Positions 23,366 through 33,168 of a DNA stretch of 46,770 bases are shown piece by piece. The notes beneath the pieces were generated by a model. That model worked only from the letters and a program-made list of their open reading frames with translations, searched no databases and was not told the origin of the DNA. The translations under genes were made by a program, and so were the position numbers. The DNA lies in NCBI GenBank assembly GCA_045642245.1, contig JAZUIL010000116.1, positions 1 to 46,770 on the forward strand, written 5' to 3'. Position 1 is the stretch's first letter. Each line of letters begins with the position of its first letter. This DNA is from Bacteroidales bacterium (lineage in GTDB: Bacteria > Bacteroidota > Bacteroidia > Bacteroidales > UBA3663).

Positions 23366-24409
23366 TTAATAAGCTGACTTAATTTCAAATGATGATGATG
23401 AAATCTGGAATTCGCTATTTGACGAATCTTTCATTGTTAATACAATTGTCACCATATCATCATAAGACACACCTTTATTATTATCTGCGATAATCGCGCG
23501 ATACTGACCGGTCTTCATCGTATTACTAGAATCGTAGACCTGCTCAACTTTTACAAGGCTATAATATACAGGACTTGTTACATATGAAGCACGAGTACTA
23601 TATGCACCAATCTTATCAAGTTCTATCTTGCAGTTTCCGATTACAGCATTCGATGGGCTTATACGGAACTCAACCTTCGACTGACCGCCTTTACTGAGGC
23701 CAACTGCAGTATTTGTCAGAATAGTAATACTTGTAGGGAACTCATAATGCTGCGCGAAGGTGAATTCTTTTCCATCTGCCATTTTCATTGTCAATGTGTG
23801 TTTTTGTGTGTTTTCTGACAACGATGATATAACTCTGCTTGATGTAGATATATATGGAGTAACTATCTCACTAATTATATTGTCAGAATCAGACTCTTTA
23901 TAAGTCTGGATTACATAATAGCCAGATTTATTGGTATCCACTTTGACAGAAAAACCTTCTTCTCCATCATTTCCATCTTCTCCATCTTTACCATCTTTAC
24001 CATCCTTTCCTACAGCATTAATCATCTTGCCTTCCTCATCTAATATAGCAATAAAAGTCTCACCCTTATCATAAGATACTGACCAATAGCCATCCTGATC
24101 AATCTTCAAGTATGGAGTAATTCCATCAACTCCATCGAAACCATTCTCGATACGAATCTCAGACATATCTGAGAACGTCAACAACCATCCTCCTGCTTTT
24201 GCATCTGTGAGTGGAGTTACACTTTTGATAATCTTTCCACCACTATATGCATCTTGTAGAGCTTTTACGGCTGACTGTAAGTCATGAACAGACATCTCCA
24301 AGTTATCCAGTCTTTCTCTGATTGGATCAAGATCATGACAAGAACTAATACTAAGTGCAATGAAACTGGTAATCATCACCAGTTTAGCTGAAAATAAAAA
24401 CTTTTTCAT
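23366..24409 (-). CDS. Surface lipoprotein, paralogue of the N-terminal half of the CotH protein, with a collagen-like GxD repeat
   Basis: Lipobox LSISSC. LQSAVKALQDAYSGGKI, GGW..TFSD, ITPYLKIDQDGYWSVSYDKGETF and GKDGKDGKDGEDGNDGEEG align with residues of the 21202-23352 product. Confidence 0.75.
   Translation of the reverse strand: MKKFLFSAKLVMITSFIALSISSCHDLDPIRERLDNLEMSVHDLQSAVKALQDAYSGGKIIKSVTPLTDAKAGGWLLTFSDMSEIRIENGFDGVDGITPYLKIDQDGYWSVSYDKGETFIAILDEEGKMINAVGKDGKDGKDGEDGNDGEEGFSVKVDTNKSGYYVIQTYKESDSDNIISEIVTPYISTSSRVISSLSENTQKHTLTMKMADGKEFTFAQHYEFPTSITILTNTAVGLSKGGQSKVEFRISPSNAVIGNCKIELDKIGAYSTRASYVTSPVYYSLVKVEQVYDSSNTMKTGQYRAIIADNNKGVSYDDMVTIVLTMKDSSNSEFQISSSSFEIKSAY
23958..24008 (-). 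repeat. Imperfect 9-nt tandem repeat encoding GKDGKDGKDGEDGNDGEEG
   Basis: Repeated nnnCCATCT-type units read directly from the sequence. The position is homologous to the GID repeat of the paralogue. Confidence 0.85.
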
Positions 24410-24509
24410 AATAAATATAAAATTTAAACTGTTTAATTTCTAAAATAATATTTATAACTTTTAAAATTGTCTTAATTCGAATAATAATCTACAATCGCTT
24501 TTTCGGTTT

Positions 24510-25730
24510 TTAGAATTGCAGAATATCATTATATACATCTATTAATCGATCACAATGCCTTTGAATAGAATAATTCTCTGGAACAAAATGTGACTTTATA
24601 TAATCCTGCATCATGCTTAAATCACTCTTCTCATATTTCATAATGGTAGACTTTAAGTCCTCACAATCTCCCATCTTGAAAATATAACCATCCTTTCCAT
24701 CCGTGATCTGTTCTGCTGCGGCACAACCATCAGAGACAATCGAAGGGATACCATATGATTTTAGTTCAATTGTAGTTAAAGGAGATCCCTCATACAATAA
24801 AGATGGGAATACCAAACATTTCGCTTTTTCTCGTATAAGTATATCTTTCTGGATTCCTGTTATCCAACCCGAAAATTGTATATTGGGGAATTCCTCAGAC
24901 AATTCTTTATACAATGGACCACTACCCAAAACACATCCCTTTAATTTTAAGTCTGTTATCGCTTGGCAGAACATCCTTACACCTTTCTCCGTCGAAACTC
25001 TACCTACAAATATATAGTATTGGTTAGAACTTATATCAACGAACCCACTATGATTGAGATCTATCGGATTCTGAACACGATACCATTTTTTAACAAATGG
25101 AGAAAGAACGGGACGCGAAGCATTCTCATTTAACTCCCCAATTGAAATGACAAAAAATGGAGAATTCTTTTTCATTGCCCTATATTGTATGACCTGACGC
25201 ACATCTCTCCATAATTTATGAAAATAAGTACGAGAATCACAATTACAAAACAAACAGGATGCAGACAATAATTTTAAATGGCATACTTTATTGGTTCTAA
25301 AATTATATAAACCACCATTCTGGCACAACAAAAAATAATCATGTAAAGTAACGACACATTTATACCTATAACGCGCTAGTGCTCCCCATATTGAAGGAGA
25401 CAATGTCTTATACCATCCATGGATATGAACGATTGTATCTGAAGGATTGAATTCTCTTAATACTGCGTCAAGTTTTTTATAGACAATCCTATCCCATAAC
25501 CCCCAAAAGAATGCATTTGCTGCACTTCTGTCTGATATTAGATCAGTTTTTCCGATACATCGCACATCAACGCCCGCCTTTATCAAATCATAATCAATAG
25601 GAGATTTACCACAAAAAAATACAACATGATAACCTCTACGAACTAATTCTATAGCAGAAACGATAGCTACATGTGCATTTCCTCCATTTACATGAGCGAA
25701 ATCCTGTATGTAAATAACATTCTTAATCAT
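24510..25730 (-). CDS. GT4 (GT-B) glycosyltransferase
   Basis: It has the N-terminus IYIQDFAHVNGGN, FVGRVSTEKGV, and LVFPSLLYEGSPLTTIELKSYGIPSIVSD (E-x7-E region). Confidence 0.85.
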   Translation of the reverse strand: MIKNVIYIQDFAHVNGGNAHVAIVSAIELVRRGYHVVFFCGKSPIDYDLIKAGVDVRCIGKTDLISDRSAANAFFWGLWDRIVYKKLDAVLREFNPSDTIVHIHGWYKTLSPSIWGALARYRYKCVVTLHDYFLLCQNGGLYNFRTNKVCHLKLLSASCLFCNCDSRTYFHKLWRDVRQVIQYRAMKKNSPFFVISIGELNENASRPVLSPFVKKWYRVQNPIDLNHSGFVDISSNQYYIFVGRVSTEKGVRMFCQAITDLKLKGCVLGSGPLYKELSEEFPNIQFSGWITGIQKDILIREKAKCLVFPSLLYEGSPLTTIELKSYGIPSIVSDGCAAAEQITDGKDGYIFKMGDCEDLKSTIMKYEKSDLSMMQDYIKSHFVPENYSIQRHCDRLIDVYNDILQF

Positions 25731-25744
25731 AAGTCGTATACGTC

Positions 25745-26692
25745 TTAATATGGTCGGCCAGTGGAATATATTTGAAATTTCAATCTACCATATATCTTGA
25801 GAATGACCAATGTTATATATTTATTTATATTCAATAATCCAGAAATAACACTATATCGCAACCCATATGGATTAGCAACATAAAACTGTCGGTTTGTGAA
25901 AACATAAATGATGTTAGATATAGAGCTTCCTTTCTGTGCCAGATAATCTATTGTCATTTGTATCAATAATGTACCAATATAAACATTAAGTTCTGGAATA
26001 CATTTATATAAGCCAATCTGTACCACCGATTTTTCAGTATCATCAGCATTCAAATGATGTGCGGACGAGGTCGGCCATTGTATGTAATTATATAATGAAT
26101 CTGATATTTGCATTACTCGATTGGCATGTTGTAATAAATCTAAGACAAATAACTGATCTTCTGCTAATCTAATTGTCTCATCAAATGCTAGACTATTATT
26201 TGTAATGATTTGCCTCCGACACACTGTTGCCCATACACTTTTTTGAAATGTATTCGACTTTATATAATTGACATTATCTGTTGGCCCAAAATCTGCTCCG
26301 ACTCTTTCGATCAAGTCATCTTCTTTACTCAATATACTATGCCCAAATTGGAGGACATCAAGATTTCCTTGTGCTAAATACGAAGCACATTTTTCTAAAC
26401 ATTGAGAATCCAGATAATCATCCGCATCTAAAAAAGAAATATAGTCTCCTGTTGCTAATGTGATTCCATAATTCCGAGCAGAACTCACACCACCATTCGT
26501 CTTTCTCTTGTATAATATCCTACTATCATTCAAATAGCTGGCGCATTTAGCCGATACTTGATCTGGACTCCCATCATCAACGAGTATCAGCTGCCAAAAC
26601 GGATAGGTCTGACATATGACAGACTCAATACATCTATTGATATATTTTTCTGCATTATATATAGGAACAATGATGGAAAATACAAGTTTCAT
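25745..26692 (-). CDS. GT2 glycosyltransferase
   Basis: FSIIVPIYNAEKYINRCIESVICQTYPFWQLILVDDGSPD and the FLDADDY DxD motif are present. Confidence 0.9.
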   Translation of the reverse strand: MKLVFSIIVPIYNAEKYINRCIESVICQTYPFWQLILVDDGSPDQVSAKCASYLNDSRILYKRKTNGGVSSARNYGITLATGDYISFLDADDYLDSQCLEKCASYLAQGNLDVLQFGHSILSKEDDLIERVGADFGPTDNVNYIKSNTFQKSVWATVCRRQIITNNSLAFDETIRLAEDQLFVLDLLQHANRVMQISDSLYNYIQWPTSSAHHLNADDTEKSVVQIGLYKCIPELNVYIGTLLIQMTIDYLAQKGSSISNIIYVFTNRQFYVANPYGLRYSVISGLLNINKYITLVILKIYGRLKFQIYSTGRPY

Positions 26693-26727
26693 AATAGCTT
26701 CTTTAAGCCCGTATTATTTAGTAACTG

Positions 26728-27447
26728 TTATTTCTTCATTCTTAATACATTGAACTTCACTTGATACTTGATCCAATCGATCCACCATCGTAGATCTTTA
26801 TGCAAAGAACGAATTTTTAAAACCTCTGATCGCACCTGTTTTACTTTAACAGAGGAAATACCTTCTTCATTATCAAATATGGCAACCGTTATTGGCCTGT
26901 ATAAAAATACCGAAGCTCCGGATTTCAGATACAAGGTGTAAAACATATAATAATCGGCACATATATGATAATCGGCATTAAACAAACCAATTCCTTTTCT
27001 TATAAATGAAGATTGATGACAAAAAGGCATACAACGATCCAGATAAGATATTGGATGACATCGCAAGAAACTATTCCCTTTTGCTGTCTTAAACACAGTA
27101 TCTCCATACATTACTTTATACAGTTCAGGAACCTGGTCTTCAAACATACGGTCAAGAATAGATGCATTCATAAATGTATCTCCAGCATTCATAAAATTAA
27201 TCCATTCTCCTGATGCAATTTGTAATCCTTTGTTCATGGCATCATATATTCCATTATCCGGCTCACTAACAACAACATCAATATGTTCTTGATATTTCTG
27301 TATTATGGACATAGTTTCATCTGAAGAATTTCCATCTATAATGATATATTCCAGATTTGAATATGTCTGGTTTATAACACTAATAATGGTTTCTTCAATA
27401 GACTCAGCTGCATTATAACAGACGGTAATAACTGTCACTTTATCCAT
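26728..27447 (-). CDS. GT2 glycosyltransferase
   Basis: VTVITVCYNAAESIEETIISVINQTYSNLEYIIIDGNSSDET and FMNAGD are present. Confidence 0.9.
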   Translation of the reverse strand: MDKVTVITVCYNAAESIEETIISVINQTYSNLEYIIIDGNSSDETMSIIQKYQEHIDVVVSEPDNGIYDAMNKGLQIASGEWINFMNAGDTFMNASILDRMFEDQVPELYKVMYGDTVFKTAKGNSFLRCHPISYLDRCMPFCHQSSFIRKGIGLFNADYHICADYYMFYTLYLKSGASVFLYRPITVAIFDNEEGISSVKVKQVRSEVLKIRSLHKDLRWWIDWIKYQVKFNVLRMKK

Positions 27448-27450
27448 ACC

Positions 27451-28071
27451 TTATATCTTCCTTATGAATTGCGCTGGATTTCCTGCCCATATTTCTCCTG
27501 CAGGAACGTCTTTTGTTACAACACTTGCCGCACCTATTATTGAACAATCTCCAATATTAACACCACACAAAATAATAGTACCTGCTCCTATGAAGCAATC
27601 GTTGCCTATTGTTATAGCTGAACTTTTGCGTTTTTGGATGTCTAATTCAAAAATTCTTCTATCATGAAAATCTAGAGAATGAAAATCTGTTCCATAAATC
27701 TTCACTCCTCCTCCAATCAGCACATTATTCCCAATTCTAATATCCCCTCCTTTTGATGAATATAGAGTTGTTTGGGACATTCCGACACTATTACCGATCG
27801 TAATAGAACCGCCTTTCTCTACATGAAAGGTACAAGGAAGATTATACCCTATTTGATTTCCATAATACCCATTGTTCATTTTAAAGTTTTTTCCAATGGA
27901 AATCATGCAACCTTTTGATGTAAGAACCTTTGGTACTCCATTCGTCAAAAAACTACTAAATAAAACCCCATTTCCTTTTAATATAACCCATGTCGCTAAC
28001 CGACTATAAATAGAGAGAATAGAGCGATATATTTTTCGGATACTCCGAAATAAAAACTCAATTATTGACAT
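27451..28071 (-). CDS. Left-handed beta-helix (hexapeptide) O-acetyltransferase
   Basis: It has hexapeptide repeats IGNSVGM, IGNNVLIGGGVKI, IGNDCFIGAGTII and IGDCSIIGAASVV, followed by GNPAQFIRKI at the C-terminus. Confidence 0.85.
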   Translation of the reverse strand: MSIIEFLFRSIRKIYRSILSIYSRLATWVILKGNGVLFSSFLTNGVPKVLTSKGCMISIGKNFKMNNGYYGNQIGYNLPCTFHVEKGGSITIGNSVGMSQTTLYSSKGGDIRIGNNVLIGGGVKIYGTDFHSLDFHDRRIFELDIQKRKSSAITIGNDCFIGAGTIILCGVNIGDCSIIGAASVVTKDVPAGEIWAGNPAQFIRKI

Positions 28072-29477
28072 ATTGATTTTTTTACTAATGAAAGAACACG
28101 GAGGATTGTGCTATAGTTAGATAGAAATACAATAATGATTGAAAGAAGGATTATGAGTATTGAGATATATTGATTTGGAATTAAGATTAACGCCACAGAT
28201 ACTAGGATAAGACATATTGTATATGCCAATATGTCTCGAATCAGTGAAGTTTTAACATACCTCCGATTATATATATATCTTATTATCGCCATAATAAAGA
28301 AAGAAGCACATACAGAAATACATGCACCATACACACCCCAATATGGTATCAAAACGAAGTTTAGAATAATGGAAGTTCCTGCTCCCCAAATACTTGAATA
28401 GAAAAGATATTTACTCTGCTTTACTACAGAAAATGTCGTTCCAAAGAAAGATGATATGCAAGAAAAAAATGATCCTATAAAAAGTATAATTGTAAACTGC
28501 CATGCAATATAAAACTCAGGAGCTGCAAAAATACTAATAATATATTTCGAGAGAGACATCAAGACAAAACACCCCAAAAAAACACACAAAAACAAAGTCC
28601 TAAATGTTTTACGATAGAAATCCGTATATGTCGGCTTGCCATATTCCTCAAACAAAGAAATGTTCCACGATACAGTAAAGATATTAAATAGCATTGTAAT
28701 AATACCTGGGAACTTATTTGCAACTGCATATATTCCGATCTGTGTCAGCCCTAAATATTCCTCCATCAAAGGACGGTTAAGAGCATTAACTATCCACCAC
28801 ATTATACTATTCGGAATTAACGGAATAGTATATATCAAATAAGGTCTTATTATTTTAAAATCGACACTGTTAATTCTAAAATTTTTATATGAACCTGACG
28901 CCAGAACGGAGTATATTGAAGTCACTACATTTGCTGTAATGATGGAATAGACATATCCTATTACCCCATATCGAGGAATCATTACAATAGAAAAGATAAA
29001 AGTCGAAAGGCATAATATCATTCCCGTAAGTGAATAGACTTTCATCTTATCTAGGCTGATAACAAACTGCTGGGTGTAATTCTGAATAAACAAGGACAAC
29101 ACCATCATAATAATCAGCCAGATATTATCAACAAAAAAAGAATCCGAATCAAAAAATAAAAATCTTACGATACAACAACCCACTGCCCATAATAAAAACA
29201 AACAAAGGGTAAACATTGATAATGTTGTATAATAAGTTGTTCGCACCTCATCATTCTTGTTTTTGGTAAAAACGAAAATTCCATCTGCAGTACACAATGT
29301 TACAAGACCCAACATCAGGGATGAATATGTCGAAATAAGATCAGACATACCATAGCCAGCCGTTCCCAACCATCGTGTATAAAAAGGAAGTAATAAAAAA
29401 GCTAGAATCTTACTACCTGTATTACCTCCCAGTGTCCACAATGAATTTATGATAAGACGCTTATACTTATTCTCCAT
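28062..29477 (-). CDS. wzx: Second Wzx-type flippase (MOP family)
   Basis: 471 aa, about 12 predicted hydrophobic spans, and the N-terminus LIINSLWTLGGNTGSKILAFLLLPFYTRWLG. Confidence 0.8.
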   Translation of the reverse strand: MENKYKRLIINSLWTLGGNTGSKILAFLLLPFYTRWLGTAGYGMSDLISTYSSLMLGLVTLCTADGIFVFTKNKNDEVRTTYYTTLSMFTLCLFLLWAVGCCIVRFLFFDSDSFFVDNIWLIIMMVLSLFIQNYTQQFVISLDKMKVYSLTGMILCLSTFIFSIVMIPRYGVIGYVYSIITANVVTSIYSVLASGSYKNFRINSVDFKIIRPYLIYTIPLIPNSIMWWIVNALNRPLMEEYLGLTQIGIYAVANKFPGIITMLFNIFTVSWNISLFEEYGKPTYTDFYRKTFRTLFLCVFLGCFVLMSLSKYIISIFAAPEFYIAWQFTIILFIGSFFSCISSFFGTTFSVVKQSKYLFYSSIWGAGTSIILNFVLIPYWGVYGACISVCASFFIMAIIRYIYNRRYVKTSLIRDILAYTICLILVSVALILIPNQYISILIILLSIIIVFLSNYSTILRVLSLVKKSICQ

Positions 29478-30801
29478 GAATAATAGGCCGAATACGCTTA
29501 TATATTTCTTCGATTTCTTTTTCTGTTGCTATGTTCTTATCATACCCAGATACTAACATTGCCTGAAATTCGCTCTGACTCCTAAATTTTGACTTAAACC
29601 CTGGAATAAGCTTTAAATAACGTTTAAGAGATCTTAATGGATATAAAAACAGCATTCGCCAATGCAAATAATTATATTTTACTGTTTCCCCGAAAGTATA
29701 ATGAATATCATATTTGGGGGTATGATACATCTCCTCAAGTACATCACATATTTTTTGATATACAAATCCTTGAGGAATATAATAGTATTGATTAAAAAGA
29801 TCCTCTTCTAATATACTTTTATTGGACAAATCACGATAATCTTCAAGGAATTCTGACTCAGATGTTACATGAATAGCATTCTCAAAAATATAATAATCTA
29901 TATCTTTACGGATTTTTAATGGTCGAAGTAAACTCGTGGGTTTCTTAAGAACAACCACATCAATCATGCCAGTACTATACCAATTATACACCTTATCTGC
30001 GGCATTAATCCAATGCTTTATTGCCTCGTCTGATATAATCTTAAAATTAGGAAACTCCGCAGCCATTGCCCATAGTTCTTTAGATTTTGCGACTTCAATA
30101 GGGTGCGGTCTATAAATGATAATATCTTCAGGATAATTCAAAAGCGCTTTCTTGAACCAGTCTAAGATCTGTTTACGAGATTCAATGCTAATTTTTTCAA
30201 AATAGCTAGTACCTTCAATCCCCCAACATTCATTAAACATCTCTCGCTGATGATCGTCCATCTCACAACAAACAAAAGAGGAAATAAACAAGCTCCATCG
30301 TTTGTCTTTATTTAAGCCATATTTTTCAGCAAGAGAATCTTTGTCTATTAATATCTTACTAAATCCGCCGCGCAACAAATCAGTATTAATATGGCCCGTT
30401 AATACTGCATTGTTTGGTGAAACTCCTGATTTTATAATACGATTTCTCGACTTTTCTCCCCAACAAAAAGAAACGGCTCTAGCGCTAATACCAGTAACAT
30501 TATTTGCACTTTCTGGATTATCCTCAACATTAGCTTTAATCACTTGCTCCCATAAAAGATTAGCCACCTTTTTTTGGGGGCCATACTCAATAAGATCCCA
30601 TGCAATTTGCTTAGTTGAATAAAGAGATGGACATACAAGAACTTTTGGATTATACGTGTAATTACGTTTATAATCATAGTTCCCTACAAAATCAACAGAA
30701 TATCCTCTACGCTCAAGTTCCGTACGTATAAGCATAATAGATTCTAATTCTCGTAGCTTATGCTCATATCGAATCAAAAAATCTACATTCTTTACTTTCA
30801 T
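29467..30801 (-). CDS. Hypothetical surface-carbohydrate biosynthesis protein, possible GT-B/TagF-like transferase
   Basis: Long ORF. The C-terminal block YPEDIIIYRPHP...PNFKII...DKVYNWYSTGMIDVVV is homologous to the 8080-9591 product. The tracked TTG is at 30807; ATG 30801 is preferred. Confidence 0.5.
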   Translation of the reverse strand: MKVKNVDFLIRYEHKLRELESIMLIRTELERRGYSVDFVGNYDYKRNYTYNPKVLVCPSLYSTKQIAWDLIEYGPQKKVANLLWEQVIKANVEDNPESANNVTGISARAVSFCWGEKSRNRIIKSGVSPNNAVLTGHINTDLLRGGFSKILIDKDSLAEKYGLNKDKRWSLFISSFVCCEMDDHQREMFNECWGIEGTSYFEKISIESRKQILDWFKKALLNYPEDIIIYRPHPIEVAKSKELWAMAAEFPNFKIISDEAIKHWINAADKVYNWYSTGMIDVVVLKKPTSLLRPLKIRKDIDYYIFENAIHVTSESEFLEDYRDLSNKSILEEDLFNQYYYIPQGFVYQKICDVLEEMYHTPKYDIHYTFGETVKYNYLHWRMLFLYPLRSLKRYLKLIPGFKSKFRSQSEFQAMLVSGYDKNIATEKEIEEIYKRIRPIIHGE

Positions 30802-30832
30802 ATTCAATAACAGACAAGTTAATTCTCTGAAC

Positions 30833-31453
30833 TTACAAACAGTTCACACTCGCATAGCATGGTCTCAATGCTAAATGACGATGAATACTAAAACCATTCT
30901 TATTGATGCCATCAATATCATGATACTTACCGACATAGATACGATCGCCATTATGATCTACATCTTCACACCATACGAAATCGTGATACCATAACATCCG
31001 GCCATAAACGAAATAGTAAGCGAAAAATGTCAAAACGCACAATATAGCTGACGGAAATTTTATTCCATTGGAAAGTATATCTAATGGCATTATTGACCGC
31101 GTTTCTTCAAGAACTTCTTTCTTTATAAGGTACCATTTATTGTCCATCCGCCTTCGAATAAATCCCTCAGACATATACCAATCCTGATTGTAAAAACAGG
31201 GTTCAGACACATCTGGATCAAATCCGAAATGATTACGAAAAGCCAGTATATCAATTGCGTCTGATCCATAAACAAGAATGTAATCTGACGCATATTGGGT
31301 TAAAAGCTCTTTGTCATAGTTGACCTCTGGCACAGTACTTATATCAATTGGGGGAATCCCCATTATTCCCAAAAGATTATTTATCTCTTCTGGACCCAAG
31401 AAATTAGTTCTGAAGATTATTTGAGCTTCCTTCCAAGGAGTTGTTTTTTCCAT
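30833..31453 (-). CDS. Hypothetical protein (no recognisable family; one hydrophobic segment)
   Basis: 206-aa ORF tightly packed in the operon, with an ATG start and a 3-nt spacing to the next gene. Confidence 0.5.
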   Translation of the reverse strand: MEKTTPWKEAQIIFRTNFLGPEEINNLLGIMGIPPIDISTVPEVNYDKELLTQYASDYILVYGSDAIDILAFRNHFGFDPDVSEPCFYNQDWYMSEGFIRRRMDNKWYLIKKEVLEETRSIMPLDILSNGIKFPSAILCVLTFFAYYFVYGRMLWYHDFVWCEDVDHNGDRIYVGKYHDIDGINKNGFSIHRHLALRPCYASVNCL

Positions 31454-31456
31454 TTA

Positions 31457-32056
31457 TTAATGTTCTATATCAAGCAATGATTCCTTCCACTTTTGGTACT
31501 CTATGACCTCCTCTGCATTCGCAAGATGACCCAACGCTGAATATTTCTCAATTCGCTCAAATTCTGCTTCTAATCTATCTATACGTCTTCCCCATCCAGA
31601 ATCTACAAACCAATTGAGATTACGAACAGGAGCATTATAGAGAATTATCCCAGATTTAGTATCTATTACCTCTCGAAGGAATGTCAAATATGCTCTATAT
31701 TGATGTTCATGAGATGCTACAAGCGCCAGTTTTTTCCAGCCTTTTTCTAATGCCATTTTCACCACCTCAACAGCTTGTTGACGTGTATGCAATGAAATGT
31801 TCTCATGAATAAGATCTTCCTCTAAAACTCCTCCGCTAAGAATATACGGCTTTACTTCTTCAAAAGGATAACTACCATAATCCTTATCTATTATATTTCC
31901 GCTGAAGACGATCTTTTTAGCGAATCCTTTTTTATAAAGGCTAACTGCCTTTTGAAATCTAAAAAAACCATCACCTTCGAGCAATATAATCGCATCTGAC
32001 TTTGTCAAGCAGTCATTATCTACAATCGCAAGAATCTTCTCTCTTTCGGTAATCAT
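31457..32056 (-). CDS. DUF218 (YdcF/ElyC/SanA-like) protein
   Basis: DAIILLEGDGFFRFQKAVSLYKKGFAKKIVFSG and ALVASHEHQYRAYLTF are present. The tracked start is a TTG at 32083; ATG 32056 avoids overlap with the upstream stop at 32068. Confidence 0.65.
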   Translation of the reverse strand: MITEREKILAIVDNDCLTKSDAIILLEGDGFFRFQKAVSLYKKGFAKKIVFSGNIIDKDYGSYPFEEVKPYILSGGVLEEDLIHENISLHTRQQAVEVVKMALEKGWKKLALVASHEHQYRAYLTFLREVIDTKSGIILYNAPVRNLNWFVDSGWGRRIDRLEAEFERIEKYSALGHLANAEEVIEYQKWKESLLDIEH

Positions 32057-32067
32057 TTCTTTTAAGA

Positions 32068-33129
32068 TTATAGATCTTCCCAAAAAAGTGGATCTCCTGC
32101 AGGGATATCCTTATTTATAGCTTTACCAATAATAGTTTGCTTGTACTTTGGCTGAATACCAAGAGCCGGACGAAGAACGGTAATATCCTCTTCTGTCAAG
32201 ACCTGGCCAGCTTTGAGTGGACGAGCCGCGTAAAGGCAACGACGCTGAACGAATACGGTCTCACCCTCTTCCTTCTGTACCTCCTTTACTGTAGAACCCA
32301 TAGCACGTTCAACCTCACGGATAGAATCAACCATGAACTTGAACTCCTGTGGTTCCATTGAGTGAGGATGATCAGGTCCCTTATCGGTCTTATCAAGAGT
32401 GAAATGTTTCTCAATAACGCGTCCACCAATGACAGTAGAAGCAAGAGCAACTACATGACCTGGTGCGTGATCTGAATAACCTGTCAAGCAATCGAATGCT
32501 GACTGATAAGTTTTAAGTACATTGACATTAGCGCTATCAAGCTTTGATGGATAGTTAGTAATACACTGCATGAGGACAAAATCCTTATTTCCTGTCTTTT
32601 GGATGGTACGAACTGCTTCGTCAATCTCAGACATAGTAGCATCGCCAGTTGCCAACATTACAGGAATACCCTTACGTGCAATATAATCGAGCTGTTCTAA
32701 CCATGTTATCTCACCAGAACCGATCTTGATGAAAGGAACCTTGAGGTCTACACAAAGATCAACAGCCTCCTTGAAATATGGGGAAGTAGAAAAGTCAATA
32801 CCGACCTGTGCGCAATAATCTGCAATCTCCTGATGCCAAGCAACTGGGAATTCAGCATCCTTAAATACTTCACTAACAGTTCGTCCCCAAGAGCCATGAA
32901 CGCCATGAAGCTGCATCTTGGAGAAACCACCTTCTGATACAATTCGAGGAGTATCAAATGTCTGAAATTTTGCACAGTCCGCACCAGCAGCCTTTGCCGC
33001 ATCAATTAATCTTTTTGCCTTTTCAATAGAGCCGTCAAAATTGGCACCTATCTCAGCAATAAAATAGGTAGGATGATTCTCTCCAATCCACTTATTTCCT
33101 ATTCTAATTTCTTTATTAAAAAATCCCAT
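32068..33129 (-). CDS. NeuB-family (N-acylneuraminate/ulosonic-acid) synthase with C-terminal SAF domain
   Basis: FIAEIGANFDGSIEKAKRLIDAAKAAGADCAKFQTF, KIGSGEIT, GYSDH, IEKHFTLD and GPDH are present, with a SAF-like tail at RRCLYAARPLKAGQVLTEEDITVLRP. Confidence 0.85.
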   Translation of the reverse strand: MGFFNKEIRIGNKWIGENHPTYFIAEIGANFDGSIEKAKRLIDAAKAAGADCAKFQTFDTPRIVSEGGFSKMQLHGVHGSWGRTVSEVFKDAEFPVAWHQEIADYCAQVGIDFSTSPYFKEAVDLCVDLKVPFIKIGSGEITWLEQLDYIARKGIPVMLATGDATMSEIDEAVRTIQKTGNKDFVLMQCITNYPSKLDSANVNVLKTYQSAFDCLTGYSDHAPGHVVALASTVIGGRVIEKHFTLDKTDKGPDHPHSMEPQEFKFMVDSIREVERAMGSTVKEVQKEEGETVFVQRRCLYAARPLKAGQVLTEEDITVLRPALGIQPKYKQTIIGKAINKDIPAGDPLFWEDL

Positions 33130-33168
33130 ATCAGTTTTTGTTTTTTTATTATTAACCTATATAAAACA

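Noticed and set aside
3116-32083. N-terminal extensions in the ORF track that begin at TTG (gmd 3124, GT8-like 6043, 9633, capD-like 13878, PGT 16675, CotH 23388, 30807 and DUF218 32083).
   Set aside because: - In each case an ATG a few codons downstream gives the canonical family N-terminus or removes an overlap with the upstream gene.
- For the PGT, the TTG lies inside the -7 promoter box.
- The shorter ATG starts were therefore used.
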